A DNA stretch of 64,000 bases from an uncultured Chloroflexia bacterium (GCA_963719285.1 CAVRBO010000004.1:324898-388897), one strand, 5' to 3'; shown: positions 20,655 to 30,219, counted from the stretch's first letter. Notes: generated from the sequence alone by a model not told the origin. Numbers and translations are program-made.

Positions 20655-21649
20655 CCTCGTCGACGATCCGGCGGGCGCGCGACCGTCACGCCGGCGGGCG
20701 GCCCCACCTGCCGCGGATCCTGGCAGCGCTCGTCACCGTGAGCCTTGTCGCGGCCGGGGTCGCGTCGGTGCGGACGACACTGGCCGTCTTCACGGATTCC
20801 TCGACCGCGTCGTCGACGATCACCGCCGCGACGCTCCACCCGCCGACCGGGCTGTCCGCGGCCGCCGGCGCCACGGTCACGCTGTCGTGGACACCCACGG
20901 TCGACCCGGTCGCGGCCGGCTACTACGTGCTCCGGTCGACGACGAGCGGGTCGGGCTACGCCCAGATCGCCACCGTGACCCCGAAGTCCGTCGCGTCCAC
21001 GACGAACACTCCGTCTGCGTCCGGCCGGTACTACTACGTGCTCCAGACCGAATTCCAGAATTGGACGAGCTCCAACAGCACAGAGGCCTCGGCGCTGTTC
21101 CTCCTGCCGGCGGTGACGACCGCGACCGTGCCCTGCGCCAGCGGCCTGAATGCCGCTGAGGCGGGCGGCGACAACAACGGTTACCAGACCCGGCCGAACT
21201 CGGCCTGCGACCTGGGTGCGAATTTCGCCGCGGACAACAACACGGGATCGGCCGGTCATGACGCGACGTGCAACAACGCCGCCAACGACCGCCACCAGTT
21301 CTGGGGCTTCAACCTGGGCCTCGGCGCGACCGTGTTCCAGGTCAACTCCATCACCGTTCGGGCCGACGCATCGCGAACCAAGAACACCGCGGGCACCAAC
21401 AACCTGTGCGCCCAGCTTTCGTGGGACGGCGGCGCGAACTGGTCGAATATCCAGTCCGTCGCCGTCACGTCGACCACCCTGACGACCTACACGATCGGCG
21501 GTTCTGTGGCCGGCTGGGGCGCTCACGCCTGGACGAAGGCCGACCTCACGTCACCGAACCTCCGGGTCCGGGTCTACGACGCGACCGATGTCGCGACCCA
21601 GTCGTACCGCCTGGACTACCTCGCGGTGACCGTCGACTACAACCCGTAG
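20651..21649 (+). CDS. second, larger (333 aa) SipW-cognate signal-peptide secreted protein (TasA-like N-terminus, Ser/Thr/Asn-rich body)
   Basis: ...LVTVSLVAAGVASVRTTLAVFTDSSTASSTITAATL... shows the same signature as gene 19239. ATG overlaps the sipW stop (ATGA). Confidence 0.7.
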   Translation: MTSSTIRRARDRHAGGRPHLPRILAALVTVSLVAAGVASVRTTLAVFTDSSTASSTITAATLHPPTGLSAAAGATVTLSWTPTVDPVAAGYYVLRSTTSGSGYAQIATVTPKSVASTTNTPSASGRYYYVLQTEFQNWTSSNSTEASALFLLPAVTTATVPCASGLNAAEAGGDNNGYQTRPNSACDLGANFAADNNTGSAGHDATCNNAANDRHQFWGFNLGLGATVFQVNSITVRADASRTKNTAGTNNLCAQLSWDGGANWSNIQSVAVTSTTLTTYTIGGSVAGWGAHAWTKADLTSPNLRVRVYDATDVATQSYRLDYLAVTVDYNP

Positions 21650-21667
21650 CAGGCCGGCGCCGCAGGC

Positions 21668-22138
21668 CTACCCGCGACCGGCGTCGACCGGGCCCGGACC
21701 CTCGAACGCGGCTACAGCCGACCGATACGCCGCCGGGATCGGGGTCGGTCGGCGCTCCTGCACGTCCACGAGCACCAGGGTCTGGGTCACGGTGCACATG
21801 AGCCGGTCGTCGGCGACCCGGTAGGCGGCGCACTCGGCCGTCACGCTCGTCCGCCCGATCCGGGTCGTCCGGGTGAACACCTCGAGGAGGTCGTCGAAGC
21901 GCGCAGGCGCCTCGTACGCGATCGACATCGCCCGCATCACGAATTCCGGATCGCCCGGCTCACGCAGCAGGAGCCCCAGGTGGCGGTGATACTCGAGCCG
22001 CGCATGATCCGTGTACGGCAGGTAGCGGCCGTAGTACACGACACCCTGGGCGTCCGTGTCGCTGAACCAGACGCGCACGTGGGCCGAGAAATGGAACGGT
22101 GGCCGGCGCTCGGTCGGGGCGCCCGTGACGAACTCCAT
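21668..22138 (-). CDS. acyl-CoA thioesterase (4HBT / YbgC-like hotdog fold)
   Basis: ...VRVWFSDTDAQGVVYYGRYLPYTDHARLEYHRHLG... Start is taken at internal Met (MEFVTG); the ORF extends to 22189. Confidence 0.7.
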   Translation of the reverse strand: MEFVTGAPTERRPPFHFSAHVRVWFSDTDAQGVVYYGRYLPYTDHARLEYHRHLGLLLREPGDPEFVMRAMSIAYEAPARFDDLLEVFTRTTRIGRTSVTAECAAYRVADDRLMCTVTQTLVLVDVQERRPTPIPAAYRSAVAAFEGPGPVDAGRG

Positions 22139-22211
22139 CGCCCGATCGTAGCGGACGCGGAGAGTCCGGTCCGCCGCCGCCGGGGACATCGCACGCGCGG
22201 GAGGGCTGTCC

Positions 22212-23573
22212 TTACAGGCGATGCACCCGAGTGCAGTCGGAGATCCTGAGGACCGATCCCGATGACAGCGGCTGGTGGTTGCCTCCCACCGTCAGGCCAT
22301 CGACGTGCGCGAACCGGAGGATCGGCCCGGGTCCCTCCACCGTGGAGGTGTTGTTCGTGAACACGATGCTCCTGCGGCGGGCGATCGTGATGTTCGTCCG
22401 CAGAGTCCCGCCGGTGATCCGGTTGCCGCTCACGGTGACGTTGCTGACGCGCGATCCAGGGGCTCCGTTCGCGGTGAGGAACGCGTTCGTCCAGGTCCCC
22501 GCGGTGTTGGACAGGAACTTGATCGAGACGGCACCCTGGCTCGCGTTGTCGGGCTTGATCGCGAACACGTTGTGGCCGTTCGTCCGGAAGTCGACCCGCT
22601 GCACGGTCACCATCCGCCCGGCGGTGACGGACACGCCGTTACGCCCCGCGGACAGGCAATCCGAGTCGTGGAAGGTGACGTCGGACGCCCACGACCTGAC
22701 GGTGAGGCAGTCGCCCCACACGCCGCTCACGGTCAGATGATGGATGTCGATGTGGCTGCCGCCGGCGACCAGGATGCCCGCGGCACCATCTCGTCCCGCC
22801 TGGAAGACGCCGGGCGACGGGTCGTCGCCGATGAGCCTGAAGTTCTCGATCGTGATCCCGGTGTCGCCCCCGCCGGACGAGGCGAGCCAGAACAGCGACC
22901 CGGCTTCGGTGGCCGGTCCATGGGACCGCAGCGTGGCGCCATTCCCGTTGAGGGTCAGGCCGTGCCGCCGGACGAGCCTGATCGCGCCGTCCAGGCGATA
23001 GACCCCCTGGGCCCGGAATACGATGGTCGAGCCATCCTTGACCCTGCCGATGAACGCGTTGAGGGCCGCGCTGGCGTCGCGCGAGCCGGTTGAGTCGATC
23101 GCCGCCGGGACGGAGATCCCGGCCGGCGCGGAGGGTGGCTCCGGCGTGGGCCGGGCGGACGGCTTCGGCGCCGGCCGCGTCGCCGGGATGGGCGGCGGCT
23201 CGAGGGTCACGGTCAGCCTGGCCGGCCCGGGTTTCGGTGTCGACAGCGGCGTGGGTGCGGGGCTCGATCCGAGGCCACCGTCCCAACCGGGGCTCCCGGG
23301 GAACCAGGCATCGGCGGGCCGGTCCGATGGGTCGCCGAGCGCCGGCCCGTCAGCCGGCCCGACCGGACCACCGCCCCAGGGATCGGCTTCCTGGTCCGCC
23401 AGTCGCGCCGCGATGGAAGCCCAGGCCAGGGTGAACATGAGGGCGGCGACCAGCACCAGGCCGATGGCTTGGGCCACTCGCTGCGGGAACGGTGCCGCGA
23501 GCCCAAGAGGTGGATCGTCGTCCGGCGATGGCGTGCCCTGTGGCGCCGTGAGGCGCAGGTCGACGAGACGCAC
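22212..23573 (-). CDS. membrane-anchored right-handed parallel beta-helix (pectin-lyase-fold) protein, putative polysaccharide-active enzyme
   Basis: N-terminal TM anchor, Pro-rich linker, then repetitive beta-helix coils (NGNGATL..., ITIENFRLIGDD..., HIDIHHLTVSGVWGDCLTV..., SDCLSAGRNGVSV..., VSNVTVSGNRITGG). Confidence 0.65.
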   Translation of the reverse strand: MRLVDLRLTAPQGTPSPDDDPPLGLAAPFPQRVAQAIGLVLVAALMFTLAWASIAARLADQEADPWGGGPVGPADGPALGDPSDRPADAWFPGSPGWDGGLGSSPAPTPLSTPKPGPARLTVTLEPPPIPATRPAPKPSARPTPEPPSAPAGISVPAAIDSTGSRDASAALNAFIGRVKDGSTIVFRAQGVYRLDGAIRLVRRHGLTLNGNGATLRSHGPATEAGSLFWLASSGGGDTGITIENFRLIGDDPSPGVFQAGRDGAAGILVAGGSHIDIHHLTVSGVWGDCLTVRSWASDVTFHDSDCLSAGRNGVSVTAGRMVTVQRVDFRTNGHNVFAIKPDNASQGAVSIKFLSNTAGTWTNAFLTANGAPGSRVSNVTVSGNRITGGTLRTNITIARRRSIVFTNNTSTVEGPGPILRFAHVDGLTVGGNHQPLSSGSVLRISDCTRVHRL

Positions 23574-23811
23574 GTGTGATCCTCCCTGGCAGGACGTCGC
23601 GCGGGAAGGCGCGAGCGAGCGAAGGACGGCGCCGGAGCACGGCCGGGAAGCATCGTTGTCCGGATCGGTGAGCGTCGACCGGGACGTGGCGGGGGTGGTT
23701 CTCCGCCGTGCGACGGCGATGGCGGGTTGTGCCTTCTGATGTTGACCCCGTCACCGGGCACGGTAGCACGCACGGCCGACTCGCGGCTCCGGGGCACTCG
23801 TCCCGAGGCCG

Positions 23812-24970
23812 TCAGGCCGCGCTCGCGGCCTCGATCAGGGCCTCGCACACGTAGGCGATATCCGCGTCCGTGTGGCGGCTCGAGAACGGCAGGGCCAGGG
23901 TGGACGCGGCGACGCGCTCCGTGACCGGGAAGTCACCCGGCTTGTAGCCGAAGCGCGAACGGTAGAACGGCTGGAGGTGGAGGGGGCTGAAGTAGGGCCG
24001 CGACGGCACGCCGAGGTCCTTGAGCCGGCCGATGACCGCGTCCCGGTCGATCGCGGCGTCGAGCCTGACCACGTACACGAACCAGTCGACCGATTCGCCC
24101 GGGCCGGCCTTCGGGAGGCGGACCCAGTCCCGCCCATCGAGCCCTCGCTCGTACGCAGCGGCGACCCGGTCACGGCCCGCGCGCAGACTCGGCCAGGCGC
24201 TCGATCTGGGCGACGCCGACGGCCGCCGAGAGCTCGTCGAGCCGGTAGTTGTAGCCGAGACGCACATGGCGGAGCCAGGTCCCGTCCGTGTCGCGGCCCT
24301 GGTTGCGCAGGCTCCGCATGATGTCGGCCAGGCCGGGGTCGTCGGTGACGGCCATGCCGCCCTCGCCGGTCGTGATCTGCTTGTTGGGGTAGAAGGCGAA
24401 CACCGCGATGTCGCCGAACCCGCCGAGCGGGCGCCCGTTGAGGCTCGAACCGAGCCCTTCGCACGAGTCCTCGACGATCGCGAGCCCGGCCCCGCGCGCA
24501 TGCGCGACGATGGGTTCGATCCGGCACGGCCGGCCGAAGACGTGGACCGGCAGGACCGCCTTCGTCTTGTTCGTCGTCGCGTGCTCGACGAGCTCCGGGT
24601 CGATGCCCAGGCTGTCCTCCTCGATGTCGACGAACGTCGGGATGGCACGTTCATAGAGCAGGCAGTTGGCCGAGGCGACGAAGCTGAACGGGCTCGTGAT
24701 GACCTCGTCGCCTTCGCCGATGTCGAGCGCCCGGACGGCCATGTGCAACCCCGCCGTCCCGCTCGAGCAGGCGACGCCGAACCGCCGGGTCGAGAGGTCT
24801 GCGATCCCGGCCTCGAAACGCTCGGTGAACGGGCCGATCGCGAGGACGTCGCTCGTCAGGACCTGGGTCACGAGTTCGAGCTCGCGCGGTCCGATGTCGG
24901 GCCGGGCGAGGGGCACGCTGCGGCGGACGGTGGTGGTCTTCATGGTGTCCCCGAGTTTAGACGATTGCAT
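23812..24970 (-). pseudogene. DegT/DnrJ/EryC1/StrS family PLP-dependent sugar aminotransferase, split by an apparent 1-nt frameshift near 24185-24195
   Basis: ORF 24170..24970 encodes the N-terminal 266 aa through ...GVAQIERLAESARGP*. ORF 23812..24654 continues in another frame with ...RVAAAYERGLDG...ALPFSSRHTDADIAYVCEAL (DegT C-terminus). Confidence 0.6.
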
Positions 24971-25089
24971 CGTCCGGTCAGGACGAGAGGTTGCTCGCGC
25001 GCGCCGGGCAGTTGCGTCGCCCGTCGTCCCGGTCCTAGGATGCGAGACCGTCGCGGTCGGCCGACGGACCAGGTGTGTAGCGGGCGGGA

Positions 25090-25821
25090 GTGGGGATGAG
25101 CGCGCGGAGGCGTCGCCGGCTGGCGGTCAAACGGGTGATCGACGTGCTCGGCGCCGTCGTCGGGCTCGTCGTGCTGTCGCCGGTCGTCGCCGTGACGGCG
25201 CTCGCCCTCCTCGTCACTCAGGGCCGGCCGATCTTCTTCCGCCAGGAGCGACCGGGACTCCACGGTGAGTTGTTCTCCATCGTGAAGTTCCGGACGATGC
25301 GGTCGCCCCGTCCCGGCGAGGTCTGGTACTCCAGCGACACCCAACGGGTGACCCGTGTCGGCAGGTTCCTCCGCCGGTCGAGCCTGGATGAGCTGCCCGA
25401 GCTGTGGAACGTCCTGCGCGGGGAGATGAGCCTCGTCGGCCCGCGACCGCTCCTCGTGGAGTTCCTGCCGAACTACACGCCGGAGGAGGCCCGCCGCCAC
25501 GAGATGCGCCCGGGCGTCACCGGCTGGGCCGTCGTGAACGGCCGCCAGGAGGCCAGCTTCGAGGAGCGGTTCCGGCTCGATGTCTGGTACATCGACCACT
25601 GGAGCCTGGCCCTCGACCTCCGGATCCTCGGCCGGACCGTCGCCCAGGTTCTCCGGCGGACGGACGCGACGGCGGCCCAGGGGATGGACGACATCGACCT
25701 GCCGGAGCGGCTCGAAAGCGGTCTGGCGGCGACGACCGCTGCCTCGACCCCTGCCGCGTCGACGACCCCGGCGGCGGGCGCCCCCCAGGACCCTGAGGGC
25801 GGCGGGCCCGATCCGGTCTGA
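25090..25821 (+). CDS. sugar transferase (small PglC/WbaP-C-type initiating phosphoglycosyl transferase)
   Basis: VIDVLGAVVGLVVLSPV...KFRTM...DELPELWNVLRGEMSLVGPRP motifs. Confidence 0.8.
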   Translation: MGMSARRRRRLAVKRVIDVLGAVVGLVVLSPVVAVTALALLVTQGRPIFFRQERPGLHGELFSIVKFRTMRSPRPGEVWYSSDTQRVTRVGRFLRRSSLDELPELWNVLRGEMSLVGPRPLLVEFLPNYTPEEARRHEMRPGVTGWAVVNGRQEASFEERFRLDVWYIDHWSLALDLRILGRTVAQVLRRTDATAAQGMDDIDLPERLESGLAATTAASTPAASTTPAAGAPQDPEGGGPDPV

Positions 25822-25825
25822 GGCG

Positions 25826-26848
25826 TCAGCCCTTCCGGTAGAGCGGGAAGAACCCGTCGAGGTCGGCCGGGTCGAGGGCGGAGTCGCGCGCCGCGACGAG
25901 GCGTGCGTAGGCTGCCTCGTCGACCACGACCCGGAGCGTGTGGAAGACGTGCCGCTCGTCCGAGAAGCCGGCCTTGAAATGCATCAGTGAGTCATCGGCC
26001 CCGCCGACGCCGCCGCCGAGATGCAGGCGCCGGTCGCCGCGCTCCTTGGCCCAGGCGGTCACCGTGCGGATGAGGAGCTTCGTCGGTCGAGCCCAGGCAT
26101 GCTCCTCGTCCGTGCCGGCGAGGTGGTACTGGACGATGCCCCCGGTCTCGACGAACAGCACCGCGGCCGCGACGGCATCCTCGTTCGTCACGACCCACAG
26201 CCAGGCCGACGGTCCGAGCGCCTCGCGGAGCGCCCCGAAGTAGCGCTCGTCGAACATGTAGCGGTCCTCTGCCGCCAACCGCTCCATCGTCGCGCGGTAC
26301 AGGCGCACGAACGTGCCGAAGTGCTCCCAGTCCGCGTCCACGTGGGCGACGTAGCCCATCCGCTCCGACTTTCCGATATCGCGCCGGTGGTTGTTCCGGG
26401 TGTGAGACCAGATCTCGTCGAGGGACTGGGTCAGGTCGATGCTCACCGTCTCGCCATGGGTCAGGAGCTTGCCGACTCCCTCCGGCGGGTGCTCGTCGAG
26501 GATCGGGTGGAGGCGGACGAACAACGACACGATCCCCTCGGACCGCAGGCGGTCGACCCCGGCCTCGAATGCCTCGCGCACGAAGTCCGGATCGCTCGTG
26601 CCCCAGACGAGTGGGCCCGGGTACCCATATGGCGATGCGGCGTCCGACCCGCCACCGGGGATGGGCCGGATGACGATCGGCAGGAGCAGGCCGCGCGGGC
26701 CGTCCTCCACGAGCAGGGCCCGGGCGACGCCGCCTTCGTAGTCGGCCGACAGGGTCAGGTAGGCCGGCAGGTGGTAGAAGTCGTGTCGGACTCGGTCCAG
26801 GACCTCGGTCCAGATCGGGGCGTCCACCCCGATCAGGTCGGTCCTCAC
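25826..26848 (-). CDS. FemAB-like / BioF2-like GNAT-fold aminoacyl- or acyl-transferase
   Basis: ...YHLPAYLTL...YPGPLV... and ...GGIVQYHLAGTDEEHAWARPTKLLIRTVTAWAKERGDRRLHLGGG...MHFKAGF... are typical of the FemAB/peptidoglycan-bridge family found in glycan loci. Confidence 0.65.
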   Translation of the reverse strand: MRTDLIGVDAPIWTEVLDRVRHDFYHLPAYLTLSADYEGGVARALLVEDGPRGLLLPIVIRPIPGGGSDAASPYGYPGPLVWGTSDPDFVREAFEAGVDRLRSEGIVSLFVRLHPILDEHPPEGVGKLLTHGETVSIDLTQSLDEIWSHTRNNHRRDIGKSERMGYVAHVDADWEHFGTFVRLYRATMERLAAEDRYMFDERYFGALREALGPSAWLWVVTNEDAVAAAVLFVETGGIVQYHLAGTDEEHAWARPTKLLIRTVTAWAKERGDRRLHLGGGVGGADDSLMHFKAGFSDERHVFHTLRVVVDEAAYARLVAARDSALDPADLDGFFPLYRKG

Positions 26849-27651
26849 GTATCCGCGGTTTCGGTCGGGGTGTCGGCGGATGCGACCGCGGGAGCCTTGC
26901 CCTCCCCGTGGGTCGCGTCGGCGGATGCGACCGCTGGAGCCTCGCCCTCCCCGTCAGGCGGGTCGGCCGAGCGAGCCTCCTCCGCCGCCCTCGCCGCGGC
27001 CTCCTCGGCGGCCTTGGCCTGGCGGATCTTCGAGAGCGGATGGAGCCCGACATCGTCGATGTCGACCACATTCGGATCGGCGATCACCCCTTCGCGATGG
27101 AAGACGCTGCCGATCGTCCCGGCGATGATCTCCAGGTCGAGACGGAGGCTCAGGTTGTCCGCGTACCAGACATCCATGTTGAGCCGCTCGCTGCGCAACA
27201 GCGTGTTGCGACCCTTGATCTGGGCCCAACCGGAGATGCCGGGGCGCACCTCGTGGCGGCGACTGTGCTCGGGCGTGTAGTAGCCGATGTATTCCATGAG
27301 CAGCGGTCGAGGTCCGACGAGGCTCATCTCGCCCCTGATCACGTTGAACAGCTCGGGCAGCTCGTCCAGGCTGGTCGATCGGATCAGCCGGCCGAACTTC
27401 GTGAGCCGTTCGGTCTGGCTGAGCTGGCGGCCGTCCGCGGTGTATTCGTCGAGCATGGACCGGAACTTGTAGATCGTGAACGGCTTCTCGTCCCGGCCCG
27501 GACGGCGCTGGCTGAAGATGACCGGCGAGCCGAGCTTGATCCGGACGAGGACGGCCACGATCAGGAAGATCGGGGACCCGACGACGACCGCCGGGACCGC
27601 GATGACGAGGTCGAGCAGGCGCTTGCCGAAGGCTCGATAGAGGTTCATGCG
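26845..27651 (-). CDS. second sugar transferase (PglC-type initiating phosphoglycosyl transferase) with acidic repeat tail
   Basis: RLLDLVIAVPAVVVGSPIFLIVAVLVR...KFRSM...DELPELFNVIRGEMSLVGPRP. Start taken at MNLYRAF (27651). C-terminus has (GEGxAPAVASAD)x2. Confidence 0.75.
   Translation of the reverse strand, partial: RMNLYRAFGKRLLDLVIAVPAVVVGSPIFLIVAVLVRIKLGSPVIFSQRRPGRDEKPFTIYKFRSMLDEYTADGRQLSQTERLTKFGRLIRSTSLDELPELFNVIRGEMSLVGPRPLLMEYIGYYTPEHSRRHEVRPGISGWAQIKGRNTLLRSERLNMDVWYADNLSLRLDLEIIAGTIGSVFHREGVIADPNVVDIDDVGLHPLSKIRQAKAAEEAAARAAEEARSADPPDGEGEAPAVASADATHGEGKAPAVASADTPTETADT
26870..26965. repeat. 48-bp tandem direct repeat x2 (gtcggcggatgcgaccgc(g/t)ggagcct(t/c)gccctccccgt..) inside the 3' end of the sugar transferase gene
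   Basis: Seen directly in sequence; encodes the duplicated GEG(E/K)APAVASAD peptide. Confidence 0.5.
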
Positions 27652-28682
27652 TGCTCCTCGGGGTCCGAGACCCGCCCGGCGACGACGAATTGATCGTACC
27701 GCGCGATCGTAACGTCGGAACGGATCTCCAGCCAAGCAGGGTCCGGCTCCCGACCCTGCGCCCAGGCGATGAGCGCATCGGGCACTCTCGCCCCGGCGAG
27801 GTGGGAGAACGGGTACCCGCCGCCGAAGCGCGGGTTGAGGTCGATCACGCAGACGCCCTCGCGATCGATGAACAGGTCGCAGTCGAGGATCCCGCGGTGG
27901 CCCAGCCCACTCCCGATCAGCTCCCCCAACGACACGAGGCGCGGATCGTCCACGGTGGCCGCACGGTCCGTCTGCCCGGCTCGCATCCGGAGCTTGCGCT
28001 TGACGAAGGTCGCGGCGTACCGACCGTCGAGGTCGTTGACGATGTCGAGTCCGTACTCGTCACCGGTGAGGGCCTCCTGGACGAGGACGGCCGTGTCCGG
28101 ATCGGCTGCGCTCGACGGGGCCAGGAACGTGGCGGCGATCTGCTTGCGGCACTGCCGCACGAAGAAGTCGAGCTCCTCGTCATCGTCCGCAAGGTGGTTC
28201 CCGATCGAACTCACCCCGAACCGCGGCTTGACCATCACGGGGAATGCCAGCTCGCCCCCGCGCAGCGCCGTTCGCGCGCCCTGGAGCGTGGCGTACGTCC
28301 GCGGCGAGCGGATGCCGCAGCCCGCGAGGAACGCGGCGGTCCGGACCTTGTCGTAACAGGTCGCGATGACGTCGGGCGATGACACCAGGACGAGCGTGCC
28401 GAGCGCCTCGAAATCGGCCCGGCGTGCGGCGAGGATCGGCAGCTCGGGCTCGAATGCCGGGACGACCAGGCCGACATCGTTGCGCCTGCACAGCTCGAGC
28501 AGCTCGTCGACGTACCCGTCGGCCTCGATGCGCGAGACGATGAACGCGGCATCGGCTATCCCGATCGCCGGGGCGTTGGGGTCCGCGTCGCAGGCGAGGA
28601 CGCGTCCGCCGGCCCCGACCGCCTCCTTGAACGCCTCGATCTCGTAGCTGCGCCGGCCGGCGCAGGTCAGGAGCACGTTCAT
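27645..28682 (-). CDS. ATP-grasp domain ligase (carbamoyl-phosphate-synthase-like fold)
   Basis: MNVLLTCAGRR..., FPVMVKPRFGVSSIG..., LVQEALTGDEYGLDIV..., VIDLNPRFGGGYP. Confidence 0.7.
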   Translation of the reverse strand: MNVLLTCAGRRSYEIEAFKEAVGAGGRVLACDADPNAPAIGIADAAFIVSRIEADGYVDELLELCRRNDVGLVVPAFEPELPILAARRADFEALGTLVLVSSPDVIATCYDKVRTAAFLAGCGIRSPRTYATLQGARTALRGGELAFPVMVKPRFGVSSIGNHLADDDEELDFFVRQCRKQIAATFLAPSSAADPDTAVLVQEALTGDEYGLDIVNDLDGRYAATFVKRKLRMRAGQTDRAATVDDPRLVSLGELIGSGLGHRGILDCDLFIDREGVCVIDLNPRFGGGYPFSHLAGARVPDALIAWAQGREPDPAWLEIRSDVTIARYDQFVVAGRVSDPEEHA

Positions 28683-28718
28683 CGGCCGGAGTTCGACCCG
28701 ACGTTCGGCCGGGGCGGT

Positions 28719-29540
28719 CTAGGCACGAGCGGCCCCGACGTCCGCCCTGGTCAGGAGGAACGTCCGGGCTTCGTCGCTGTACGAGATGTCGGGCAGGTGC
28801 GTAGCGGAGATCTCGGGATGGGTCGAGATCCAGTCCTCGAAGGCGGCCTTCTCGCCGAGTCCGTGCTTCTCCAGGTCGAAGATGGCCCAGTCGTCGAAGA
28901 ACACGATCGTGCGATCCGTGATGAGGGGCAGGAGGAAGTCGAGCGCGGTCCGCGTCGCGGACTCGATCACGCAGTCCACCATCACGATATCGGCGCTGTT
29001 GATGCCGAGCCGCTCCCGCGTGGCGTCTGTGAGCGAATCCTCGAACCAGCCGGGCACGAGCTCGACCTTCTTGAGCGGCACCTTGAGCCTGGTGAGGTTC
29101 TGCTGGGTCAGCCGGACGTCGGAGTAGAGCTCGCCCTTCTTCCAGTGGCTGCCCTCCTCCTTCTCGACGCCTTCAGGGAAGCCCTCGAACGAGTCGAAGC
29201 CGATGATCCGGAGGTTGCTCGCGCCGACGGTCTCTCCCGCGTGGTACATGCACGCGAGCGACGTCCCGATGTACACCCCGAACTCGAGGTAGACGGCCGG
29301 CTTGTCGGCCGAGTCCTTGCCGAGATAGCGCAGCGCCGCTGCGAACGTGTCGGGCAGGGTGTCCTCGGGGACGAGGGTCATGCCCTGCATGTAACCCAGG
29401 CGGAGCTGGAGCTTGCTCAGCTGGAGGCGCATCTTGGGAGGCAGGTGGTTGGCGAACCAGCGCGCGATCCAGAAGAGATGCAACGCGTGGAGCAGGCGGG
29501 CGAGCCCGCGCAGAAGCCGACCGAGGAGTGTGGAAACCAT
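28719..29540 (-). CDS. TylF/MycF (macrocin-O-methyltransferase) family class I SAM-dependent O-methyltransferase
   Basis: ...AVYLEFGVYIGTSL..., IIGFDSFEGFPE..., IVFFDDW. Confidence 0.75.
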   Translation of the reverse strand: MVSTLLGRLLRGLARLLHALHLFWIARWFANHLPPKMRLQLSKLQLRLGYMQGMTLVPEDTLPDTFAAALRYLGKDSADKPAVYLEFGVYIGTSLACMYHAGETVGASNLRIIGFDSFEGFPEGVEKEEGSHWKKGELYSDVRLTQQNLTRLKVPLKKVELVPGWFEDSLTDATRERLGINSADIVMVDCVIESATRTALDFLLPLITDRTIVFFDDWAIFDLEKHGLGEKAAFEDWISTHPEISATHLPDISYSDEARTFLLTRADVGAARA

Positions 29541-29685
29541 GCTCTGAGAGTATCAGAGGTCGCTCAGCCGGCAAGGCCGAGCGTGGACCGCACGCACCGC
29601 GCGCGATGCGCCGGGCTCCCGGCCGCGACCGCCGTATCCTTCGGGTTCGGCACCCGGACCACGGAAAGGCAGGACTCCAGGACCC

Positions 29686-30219
29686 ATGCGCGGCTTCAAC
29701 GTCCTGCCGTGGCTCCTGCCCGGGCTCGTCCTCTCGGCGATCGTGGGACTCGTCGCCGGGCGGCGGGTCGGGCGGATCTTCGGAGCCTCACCGGCCATCG
29801 GCTGGGGACTCGTCGTCGGGTTCGGGCTCGTCGTCTCGGCGACCCTCACCCCGCTCCGGGCCGGGCTCGATCTCGGGACGAGCGGGATCGGCACGTGCGA
29901 CCTCTCGCGGATCGGGATCGCTCCGCTCGGTGAGCTCGTCCACCTCGGCGACACGAGCCTCAACGTCCTGCTGTTCATCCCGCTCGGCCTGGCAATCGGG
30001 CTGGTGCCGGGGTCGCGCCGACGCAACATCCTGGCGCTCGTCGCCGTCCTGTCCCCGGTCGCCATCGAGACCACGCAGCTTCTCCTGCCGATCCTCGGCC
30101 GGGGCTGTCAGAGCGCCGATGTCTTCGACAACCTGAGCGGGCTCGTGGTGGGCTCGGTCATCGGCGGCGGCGCCCGGATCCTGGCGGGTTGGACGGAGAC
30201 ACCATCCGGGGCCGCCTAG
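29686..30219 (+). CDS. VanZ-like family membrane protein
   Basis: Four hydrophobic segments; ...NVLLFIPLGLAIGL...ETTQLLLP...DNLSGLVVG resembles VanZ/RDD-like proteins common in glycan loci. Confidence 0.6.
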   Translation: MRGFNVLPWLLPGLVLSAIVGLVAGRRVGRIFGASPAIGWGLVVGFGLVVSATLTPLRAGLDLGTSGIGTCDLSRIGIAPLGELVHLGDTSLNVLLFIPLGLAIGLVPGSRRRNILALVAVLSPVAIETTQLLLPILGRGCQSADVFDNLSGLVVGSVIGGGARILAGWTETPSGAA

